From: Monocercomonoides exilis PA203
Lineage: Eukaryota; Protista; Preaxostyla
Length of the DNA stretch: 64,000 bases
Assembly (NCBI GenBank): GCA_001643675.2
Contig: LSRY02000012.1
Coordinates: 248,001-312,000 of the forward strand
Direction of reading: 5' to 3'
Shown here: piece after piece, positions 54,712-64,000 of the stretch
How positions within the stretch are numbered: the stretch's first letter is position 1
Layout: the number at the start of each line of letters is the position of its first letter
Position numbers and translations under genes: made by a program
The notes under the pieces: model-generated
What the model was told of the DNA's origin: nothing
The model's input: the letters and a program-made list of their open reading frames with translations, nothing else
The model's database searches: none

Positions 54712-57645
54712 ATGTCTCAAGTGAAACCGAAATCAAAAACTATTGTGTTTGTCTAACAACAAAGATTTCAAAATAAAGAAAATGAGTTTTCGTTTTTATA
54801 ATAATTTATTTTTTGTAAATGAAATTTAGAAAGCGTGAAGAGAACCCCTTCCATGTTCCAAAAGGAAGTAAGGCATTTGATATCGTTATGGAAGAAGAAA
54901 AGAAAAAAGCCGAGGTACAATCAATATTTTAATAAGAAATAAATATCATTAATTGATTTTTATTGTCTGAACTTGTTTGATGATGTATTTATTAGGAAAA
55001 GGCTCGTTTACGTAAACAAGGAGCAACAGCAATACCAAGTCGTTTTGAAAGAGTATCACGAAGAGAGCTCGTAGGAGAGCAAGTGAATACAAAAGTTCGC
55101 GCATATAATCCACGTATGATTATTCTTACGTTATATGAAGTACTTATTAATCATTAAGCAATTTTTCGAACGAGGGAGCCGAGAGAAGGGATGCGAGATT
55201 TTATTCAAAAAAAGAGAGAAATGTTTATCGTTGGCATGCTAATAAAGGAGAAAGAAGAGGAAATACGAAAAATGAAAAAAGAATGCGAAAGAGAAGAAGA
55301 GAAACTTAGGTATGATTACTCAATTTAGAATTTAAAATTATTTTTTGAAAATTATAATTTTTTAGAATTGAATTCGAGCAGTTAGAGCAAGCCAAACAGG
55401 AGCATGATCGGCAGGTTCAGCTTGCACATCAACAATCACAAGAGCAAAGCCGAAAAGCCGAAAAGGAAGCCGAAGAGCAGGCAAAGAAAAATCAAGAATT
55501 GAAAAGATTAGAGCAACAAATAGCCAAAATACAAGCAGATTTGGATAAATTACGAGTATGAATCGAATATTGTGGATTTATGTTTATTTAATGTTATTTT
55601 CAATTGTGTTTATTCAAATTACAATTTTTATTTTTCAGGATAAAAAACAAGAGCACAAAGGATACAAACTGTTTTTGGATAAGCTGATTGAGCCAGATGT
55701 GCTGGAAGAGAGGCTGAAAGAAGAGAAGAGGCGGAAAGAGGAGCGGAAAAAGAAGCATGCGGAGCTGCTGGCGCAGGCAGAGGACATTGCCATCCGCATT
55801 GACCGCATCCAAAGAGACCTGCCAGAAGAAGGACCGACTTCGATTGAGCTGTCCAGCGTTGCCTCATCGCAGCATCTCACACAGAAGGAGCTGAGCCACT
55901 CGGCTTCCACACAAATCACAACGGTTGATTCAAACACTTCTTCTTCTTCTTCTTCTTCTTCAGCCACGTCTTTCACATCATCGCCTTCTTCTTCCAACTT
56001 AGCAACATCTCACCTCACATCCTCATCTGCTTCATCTTCCTCCTCTTCCTCTTCTTCTTCTGAGGCAGCAGGCTCTTCTGCTTCATGGTCAGTCACTGGC
56101 GGTGCGCCTTCTTATGCTCCCCGCCAATCATCGCTTGCAACAGGCAAAGCGGAAAGCGACAAAGAAAAAGCGAAGAGAACAGAAAAAGAGAAGCTGCGTG
56201 CGAAGGAGAAAGAGGCAGCGATTGTTGAGGAAAGCGAAGAGAACGAGGGCGAGGCGGTGGATGAGGAAGCAGAGCAGCGGGAGATGGTGCGGATCGCTGA
56301 GAAGAACAAGCGGATCACGGCGCTGGAGGAAGAGAGGAGCCGAATTCTGAGGGAGGCTGACAGGTGTCTGATGGTGTCGGCGAAGGAGGAGTACAACTGG
56401 ATGTTCTTCAAAGAGACGTCGAAGGTGAACGACGTGCTGTCGAAGCTGAAGGACGACAATCTGTTTTTGACTGAGATGAGCCAGGACGAGGAAGAAGAGC
56501 TGGACAGGCTCCAGCAGAGGCAGCAGGCGGAGGCTGAAAAGATGTATGCTGCTATGCGTGTTATATACCATTTTGTGCTTATTTTTGTGTTGTCGAAAAA
56601 TATTTTCCTTCTTTTTTTCAAAAAAAATTGTGGAAAAAAAATGATTTTTCTGAATTTCCTTTTTATTTAATGTTTGAAATCATCTATTGTTTGTTTTGCC
56701 TATCTTTTTCTTTTTTCCTGTCAGTGCTGTTCAACTTGAAGAATTAGAGGCACACAGCGCGCAGTTAGACCAACAAATCCAAAAGGAGGAAGAAAGAATG
56801 GCTTCGATGTCCTTCTCACTTGAGTTTGCTTCTATCTTTCTGATTTAAAAATCATTTATTGTTATTATTATTGTTATTATTATTCGAAATGTGTTTTTCT
56901 TTTTTATGGTTTCACTCTTGTTGTGATACAACTGTCTATCTTTTGGTCTCTGTATTTCTTTCTTTCTCTTTCTCTGTCTCTGTCTCTGTCTCTATCTCTC
57001 CAAATTATCAGATCCCGTTCATCGTCTTCTTCTTCTTCATCTACTTCTGAGCTGTCGCAGCTGGCTGAGGAAATCCATTCTGTGTACACAGAACTGAAAG
57101 TGGACGACAGAAGCTTTTCTTCGTCTTCTCCTTTGCTTGTGCTATCTGCAATTGAAAAGCGTCTTCTGTTTCTGCTGCAAAAAGTGGACATGCTAATGCG
57201 GCTGGACCAAGACATGGTAACTGCCTCTCTGAAGGTATTAACTATCTTTTATTATTTATTTATTTATTTATTTATTTTTATTTTATTTTATTTTATTTTA
57301 TTTTATTTTATTTTTTTTTTTTTTTTTGCCTTTTGTGTTAGAAAAAAACTCAAATGCGATTTGCTGAAAACAGAGCTACACAGGCTGCTGAGATTGAAAA
57401 GAAGAATAAGGAGAGGAATATGGCAGCGTTAAAAAGATCTACTGGACCAACTGTAAAACATGTGTGCTTTGCTTTTTAAAGAAACGTTTTATTCGATTTG
57501 ACTTAAAAAATACATTTTTTTATTACAGGTTGGAAGGCCAATGTTCTACAGATCCCCAATGCCAAAAGTTAAAAAAGATGAAGTAAAAGAAACGAAACAA
57601 CTATCTGATGAAGATGCCGAACTTATAGAATTTTTTACTGAATAA
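54712..57645 (+). CDS. CFAP100: Cilia/flagella coiled-coil protein CFAP100 (CCDC37/DUF4200)-like, multi-exon
   Basis: ENPFHVP, REGMRDFIQKKREMFIVGMLIKEKEEEIRKM, MFFKE...LKDDNLFL, LSAIEKRL, ALKRSTGPTVKH/VGRPMFYRSP...EFFTE-TAA. Several GT-AG introns were phase-checked. Confidence 0.75.
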
Positions 57646-58000
57646 ATTATAATTTAACATTTCAATTAAGATCATCTCCCTTAGTTATATTTTATTTCTT
57701 TAAATTTTGTAATTTTGTAATAATAGCGTTATAATTCGTATTATTCAGCGTATTGCTGCAGTTTAATTTTATGTTTGTGAAGCATTTTCTTTTTTAATTG
57801 AGGATATAAACGATATTTACTCTTCAATAGAATATGTCAGATCGCACTCCGAAATCACGTCTTGAAACTTTGCTTGACGAAAGTATGACATTATAAATAA
57901 ATAAAATTTATTAAGTGAAAATGAATATTTCAATTTCTTTATATATCTTTTTGTTTGTTTTGTGTTTTTTCGATTTGACATAAATTTATTTTGTTTCATC

Positions 58001-59242
58001 ATGAATTTTAATTCTTCAGGTCAACTTCCGCAAAGCAATCCTCTAACACCTTATCAAGAGACTCCAGCATCTGCTAGAAATATTACAGAGCTTAATGATG
58101 GAGAACGAACCCCTGTTTCAACCCCACAAACAAATCAGCTTCACGTCACTCCACCTCATCTTTCACTTCCTCTTCCCCCTCCACCTCCAAGTATGTCTCA
58201 GCAAGATACTCCAGTTAAATATTATGGAGCAATGGTATCGACTGTTTCAACTTTTCAAGCACCTCAATTCAGATCACCATTTCCACCTCAGCAATCGCAA
58301 TCACTTTCTCAATCTTCAATTGATGATCAATCATTAGATGAAATAGATGATGAAGATGTTGAAATGGCAAGGCAACAGCAGAATGAACAATCTTCTCAGC
58401 CTTTGATCCTGCAATCTACTGATTCATTACAACAGGTTGGAAGCATTGTAACTTCGCAATCTCCACTTTCACCTGCTAACATAGCACAAACTCAACAAAT
58501 GGAAACTTCTCCTGAGAGAATACCCCGACAGTCAGTTGTAACTCCTGCTACAACAAGGTCAGATAGGCGTGCGTCAGATACAATCCCTTCACCAATTACA
58601 ATGATTTCATTTAGCGATGATCAGGAACCAGAAGAAAATGAAGAAGAGCCTGATGCAAAAAAAAATGTTGGCGAACCTGATTTGCCAAATAATAATAATA
58701 ATTTTGAAACAGTTGAACGTGGAAGACTTGATGTTGAATCTGATAATGAAGACATAACCACAGAAAAAATAAAACGAAAATCATTATCTATCCGCCCTAT
58801 TTACAAGCCTAAGTCAGGAACAATACCACTTCTGAGGATAACGACAATATTCAAGCGTTATGCAACTGTAGACGTGCAGCAAAAAGTACTCCCGCGTATT
58901 GGAACATCCTTCTTTGATTTTTTGCGATTTATGTCTGACTCCTTTGCGAGAGCAAGAGTTGGCTCCACTTCTTCATTAATGTCTGTTAATGATTTTAGCA
59001 CGCAGCCAGAACTGGCACTCAATCGCACAAAGCGCCGACAAAATAAAGCAGTGAAACGCAGAGGAACAGGCCATCCAGCTGTTAGTCAGGAGATTACAGT
59101 ATCAGTGGAGGATGTAATGGAGTTTTTGGTTCACAATGATTTCATTGATCCAAAGAGGGTTTTGATATTTGGCAAGAAGCCAACATTGGAGGAAGTGTAT
59201 AAAAATGAGGTAAGAAAGAATCTTCCGCGAGAATGGTGGTGA
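58001..59242 (+). CDS. CENP-T-like kinetochore protein (disordered N-terminus + C-terminal histone fold)
   Basis: C-terminus IPLLRITTIFKRYATVDVQQKVLPRIGTSFFDFLRFMSDSF...TVSVEDVMEFL...VRKNLPREW resembles the recalled CENP-T_C fold; N-terminal ~270 aa are S/T-P-rich and acidic. A further small 3' exon is possible. Confidence 0.6.
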   Translation: MNFNSSGQLPQSNPLTPYQETPASARNITELNDGERTPVSTPQTNQLHVTPPHLSLPLPPPPPSMSQQDTPVKYYGAMVSTVSTFQAPQFRSPFPPQQSQSLSQSSIDDQSLDEIDDEDVEMARQQQNEQSSQPLILQSTDSLQQVGSIVTSQSPLSPANIAQTQQMETSPERIPRQSVVTPATTRSDRRASDTIPSPITMISFSDDQEPEENEEEPDAKKNVGEPDLPNNNNNFETVERGRLDVESDNEDITTEKIKRKSLSIRPIYKPKSGTIPLLRITTIFKRYATVDVQQKVLPRIGTSFFDFLRFMSDSFARARVGSTSSLMSVNDFSTQPELALNRTKRRQNKAVKRRGTGHPAVSQEITVSVEDVMEFLVHNDFIDPKRVLIFGKKPTLEEVYKNEVRKNLPREWW

Positions 59243-59574
59243 AATGCGAAACACATGTCATCATATCATCTACATTATTACTTTCAAGTTTAACTCTTTT
59301 CCCCTAAACTTGTTTTATTGTGATCAAATTATTGATTGATTTTTTTCCAAACTTGTTATTATTGTTCATTTCAACAATTGTGCTTTGTGCATAGAAATTT
59401 TCTTTTATTTTCAATTTTTACCGCAACAATATCAAAAAAAACTATGAGAAAAAATGATGGATTTTGATGTTATGAATGTTTAACGAAAATATTTAATGTG
59501 TAAAACGTAAAAACTATATGAAACGGAAAAATGTAATTCTACCACTTTTCTATAAACATTAAAAAACCTGTAAA

Positions 59575-60618
59575 TCATTCTGCTTTGTTGTCCTTCTTTT
59601 CTGATTGTTCTTCAGCTGCCATACGCTGGAAGATGCCTCCAAACATTTTCTTTTCTCTTTCTTTTTCGGCTTCTATTGCCTTTTTTGATTTTTCAAGCCA
59701 CTGTTTCAAATTCAAATCGTTTGGAGACAATTTTAATCCATCTTCAAAAGCTTTCTTTGCTTCAACAAATTCCCTCAGGCCCATCCTTCCTTGACCGATT
59801 CTGAAATACGCTTTGGGGTTGCGATCGTCCATTTTAAGTGACTCAACTGCTTCTATAACGGCTCGGTTGTATTCTGGAGGATCAATTTTCAAGCAACATA
59901 AAGATAAGTTTAAGTGAAGGGCAGAAGCAATCGAAGAAATTTGTGGTCGAATCGCCTTTTTTCTGGAATAAAGATGACCCACATAAACAAGCCCTCGTTC
60001 GTATTCATTATAAGCCTTTTTCCATTTCCCGCTATTTGCATATTCATTCCCTGCAATCTTTCGTTTGGTGGCATATTCAATTTTCTCTTCATCTGTCCAG
60101 GGCTCGCTTTCTTTATCTAATAATTCTACTTTAAAATGGAGATTCGCATCTGGTGGAATTCGAGGTGGTTGACCAGGTTTTCCATAAGCAAACTGAGATG
60201 CAATTTTAAACTCAGAAATTTCTCCAACTTTCATGCTTCCTATTGCGATATCCCATCCTTTAATTACTTCCCCTATTGCAAGACGAAAAACAAATGGACT
60301 ATTTCTATCCTGGTTTTCATCAAATACTGTTCCATCTTCAAGAGTTCCGGTGTAAAGAACCCGAACCTTACTGCGACGAGATGGGCGTTCTCCTTCTCCT
60401 TCTTTAATTATCTTTTTTAAAACCATATTAGGGCATTCGTTTTTGATATCAATCCAACCATTTTCAAGAATTTTTTCAGTTCCTGGAAGGTACTCTTTTG
60501 GATCTTCTCCTTCATTATCGAAATCACTGTAAAAAGAACTTGTAGAATCCGTATCTGAATCACAAAATTCTTCAAAATTGTTTGTTTCTTCTTCTTTCGA
60601 AATTTCCATATTATTCAT
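59575..60618 (-). CDS. FKBP-type peptidyl-prolyl isomerase with TPR domain (Hsp90 co-chaperone type)
   Basis: VRVLYTGTLEDGTVFD, FRLAIGEVIKGWDIAIGSMKVGE, AYGKPGQPPRIPPDANLHFKVELL, followed by three TPR-like helix pairs (KIAGNEY, LHLNLSLCCLK, NPKAYFRIGQG). Confidence 0.93.
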   Translation of the reverse strand: MNNMEISKEEETNNFEEFCDSDTDSTSSFYSDFDNEGEDPKEYLPGTEKILENGWIDIKNECPNMVLKKIIKEGEGERPSRRSKVRVLYTGTLEDGTVFDENQDRNSPFVFRLAIGEVIKGWDIAIGSMKVGEISEFKIASQFAYGKPGQPPRIPPDANLHFKVELLDKESEPWTDEEKIEYATKRKIAGNEYANSGKWKKAYNEYERGLVYVGHLYSRKKAIRPQISSIASALHLNLSLCCLKIDPPEYNRAVIEAVESLKMDDRNPKAYFRIGQGRMGLREFVEAKKAFEDGLKLSPNDLNLKQWLEKSKKAIEAEKEREKKMFGGIFQRMAAEEQSEKKDNKAE

Positions 60619-61547
60619 CAACAGAAAACGAAAAAACAAAAGAAAATGTTAATATTATTTAATGTGGTATTGATCAAAACACATTCAACAAAAAAGTTTA
60701 ATATATTAAAAATATTATCAGAAAATGAATTTTTTCAACAAAAAGGGAATTTATGAAGCATTACATTATTGACAAAAGTGAATTTGTTGAAAGCAAATGA
60801 AGTCAAAACCTGAAACTCGAATTGAAATTCATATACAAATTTTCATTATTGATTATAAATGTCGTTACTACCTGAGAATTATAACTGTGAAACATTGAAA
60901 GCAGTTTACGAAAAATAAATGCATTTTATTCTTCGTTTGAGCATTTAATAATGCAATCTGAACTTATCTATTTGCAAATATTTGTAAAATCGTTTATTTA
61001 ACCGCTAAATATTTTTCATTTCTATTCATTTGATGCTTCGTTTGTTGCCATTCTTGTTTTCAACTCTCATCCTTTAATAATTACATTCAATTCATTGCAT
61101 CTTCTTCTTTAAACATATCAACATCATATCATTTAACTTCTTTAATTCATTATTCATTTCATTTGATGAATTTCTTCATTTTTAACATAAGCATCAGAGG
61201 TTGTAAGAGAAAAGAAATGGAAACGAAGAAATCGCATAAATAAATGATGCTTCATCCAGAAATAGAAAATGCATCGGGTTGTGAATGAGAAATGAAAACA
61301 GGCAACAATCCTTACCAAAAATCAATTACGTTACCTTTCATCTGGATTTGGTACTTAGCGGTCTTCAGCCTTTAAGGTTTGAGCTGCAAACATTTGAGTT
61401 TTAATTGTGGTTCATCCTGGAGATTGAAGGTTGACATGTATTTTTCTTTCTTTTTTTCCCAACAAAATGAGTTGCAAACAGCCCTTGCTGCATTTTCCAT
61501 TTCTGAATTGATCTTTTAATCTGCCCCTCATTAAATTCTTCTGATAT

Positions 61548-62520
61548 TGTATCAGAACGTTAATTCTATCATCAGCAGCATAGCTTCTTCTTCTTCTTCT
61601 CATTTCAACTCCTCACCTGAAGAAACTCTGTTCCATCTGTTCCCATCACTCGAGAATGGCGAGCTTTCGCTGCTGGTTGATCTTTCTGATCTGAATGTGG
61701 ATGTTGCGTTTGTGTCGCTGGTGGAGCTGCAGGCAGAAGTGGTGGGGTATCTGAGAAAGCTTCTCGCTTCCATCGAAGTACAGCATTCTTCTCCTTTCTC
61801 AGCACTTTTTGTATTCTTCGTCTACTTCATCGCGGTTTGTTCGAAACAGAAGCAAAGAGAAGGAAGCACGAGGAGATGATAGGCCATTGTTATTCTCATC
61901 GAGAGTGCCTGCAATTGATCCTTCGGATGCCCTAGCTGTGGAGTAGTCATACACATCTGCAGCAACGATGGACAACATCGAGAGGCGGCTACGGGTTATG
62001 GTACCAGAGGCGTCTGGGGTGCATGCGTAGCACATGCCTCTGTCGCTGAAACTGCTGTGTGGATATGTTGTGGCGCGGCAGGCGGTGCTGTATAGGGGTG
62101 TTGTGTATGCCTACGACGAAGCACTTTCGACAAAGCTCTTAATTCTACTGGTGATGCAGCTTCCATCGCTTGAATCAATTTAAGGAACGAAGTCGGGGAG
62201 TTAACAGATCTTTGCTGCGGCGGATGTGAATGCGTTCCTGTCGATCTACGATCTGTTTGACCTATCGCTACTGCCATCTGCGATAGCACGGCTGGTGATT
62301 AATTCGCAGCATTCGAGGCGTGTGGTGATGAAGTTGGATGACGAAGTAATGCAGCGAGGGGTTGCGGTGTGTGATGTTGGGGAGATTGTGGAGAAGGCGC
62401 CTTTAACAAATGGGAAGAGGGAAATTTATTTATTTTTTCGCCAGCAGCGTTAGAGCATGCAAAGCTGGAGGAGCGAGAAGAGGAAGAGGAAGGAAATGCA
62501 CCAGAGATGATGCAGTATAT
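61548..62520 (+). pseudogene. Second IQCH-like pseudogene fragment, homologous to the hAT-1 cargo
   Basis: GELSLLVDLSDLNVDVAFVSLVELQAEVVGYLRKLL, DNIERRLRVMVPEA, RRVVMKLDDEVMQRGVAVCDVGEIVEK. DNA similarity to the reverse complement of ~28140-28925 (e.g. aattgatccttcggatgcc vs aattgacccttcggatgcc). Multiple stops and frameshifts. Confidence 0.7.
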
Positions 62521-64000
62521 TGAGCCACAACAAAGATGATTGCGTTCTGAATGAGAATGATCAGTTAGTTTATCAGCTCCGATAAACGAGTCGCTTCTCC
62601 AAAATGCCCTTAACAAATAAGACAAACAAACTGCAATTTCTCTTTCAAGCTAATGTCAAGCATTGACAGGCTATGCAACATACAAAATAGATGGCAGAAG
62701 CCACGAATATCATCGTTGGATGCAATCCAAACAAGGATAATCTCAAAACTTATGGTTCTTTTGAAAAAGGAAAAAAAGGTTTCTCTCCATGACATTCCTG
62801 TTCATGATCAATCTGTATTCATTCAAATATCACCTTTAAATAAAAATGAATGAAAATAAAAGTCAAAATATCTTTTTGGTCTAAAAATATTTTCCCATCT
62901 CCAGTGCACTCGAAATCATGAAATCTGCAGGCTTTCTTGTTCTCCAAAATTGCCTCTCTCCTTCCTCAAAAGATTGACAACTGTACAACAAATGGCTGAT
63001 GCATAATGTCATCGAACGCAGAGAATCCATTGTGAAGCTGGCCGTGATATCAGATGAAAATACACATTCTCCAAATAAACAAGAAATGTACTCTTTTTCA
63101 AAGACTTATTCAACGATATGTCTTTGCTGATAGCTTTCCAACGGGCTTTGTGCAAAATGCAAATGAGATTGTTGTTAAGGCCTGCTGAGTGCTTCGTTCA
63201 ACTCGCTTCCTCCATTGTTCAATCCCCAAATTCCCTTTCCTTTTCCCAAAACCAACCTTCCCCAAAATAAATCACTGAAAACAAGTCCTGCGCAAAAGAT
63301 ATGCCAAGAACACTGCACTTCCCTGAAATGAACAAGCAGTTCAATTCTATCTTTCTGGCATTCAACTCGCTTTTTCTGCATCTTGCTTGGATAATTTTTC
63401 ACTCAAAATATCGCAGCCGGTGTTGCATAATGTATTTTGCAATTTTTAACCAAGTTCAAATTTCATGCAACTTCCTCCACCAATTCACTTTTCGCAAACA
63501 ATCAATGCATACAGCCACTCGCTCCTCCATCTGCAAGCAAAATCCCTGTTCTTCTATGGCGATATAACTTGCATGCGTGCATCTGTGGGTTTACCATCTA
63601 GCAGCTCAAATATACTCTGAATGCTGCAAATCATCAATAAAAAATCTCCATTTATAAAATTACAGGTTGTTAACCCTTATTAATTTGCTCGATAAGGAGA
63701 TTTTTATTTCAAAGATTTTCTTGTTTTGATGCAAAAATCACAAATGGCAAAACAGGTTTAGAATCCTGTGTTATTTTAATTTTTCAATTTTTTGTTTTTA
63801 ATTCTTTTGATTCGAATATTCGACGAATCAATCGAAAATGTATTTCTCATAATTTTAAATTTATTTTGCTGTGTGCAGTATTCTTCAAAGAAACAAATTT
63901 TTTGGGGTTTGCTGGAGTTTGTAAGAAACGAATGGTTTAAAAATAAATGCTTCTTTTATCTCTTTTGATTTAACCAAATTTTTAGAAAATTTGTTGCAAT

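Noticed and set aside
1-64000. Alternative genetic code (TAA/TAG = Gln, known in some oxymonads)
   Set aside because: Conserved genes end at TAA/TAG where expected (B55, LSM6, transposase 1) and long ORFs lack internal TAR codons.
1-64000. CRISPR arrays, rRNA, tRNA or non-canonical introns
   Set aside because: No repeat-spacer array or recognisable structural RNA was seen by eye, and all introns I resolved are GT-AG. A covariance-model scan was not run.

Overview
AT-rich eukaryotic (protist) genomic DNA with many short GT-AG introns and the standard genetic code (genes end in TAA, TAG and TGA). Poly-Ser/GA microsatellite coding tracts and a giant beta-helix/kinase-like membrane protein suggest an oxymonad such as Monocercomonoides; this is an inference. 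Host genes recognised from motifs: MCM10, PP2A B55 subunit, MINDY deubiquitinase, a 3151-aa receptor pseudokinase, a membrane S41 peptidase, a CCHC knuckle protein, a Zn-finger/RING-like ACBP fusion, LSM6, TAF4-like, CFAP100-like, CENP-T-like and an FKBP-TPR protein. The most striking part is an ~18 kb transposon nest at 22.7-40.6 kb. It holds two complete, divergent hAT-family elements (22802-29689 and 31522-40095), each with perfect TIRs, a perfect 8-bp TSD and an intact two-intron transposase. Each also carries 3.6-5 kb of decayed host-gene cargo (IQCH-like in one, IP3R/RyR MIR-like in the other). Read in transposase orientation, both sit at the same motif (GAATC|ATTT) and in arms of fold-back DNA, with a 361-bp hairpin MITE between them. 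Family assignments come from recalled motifs; no database searches were run.
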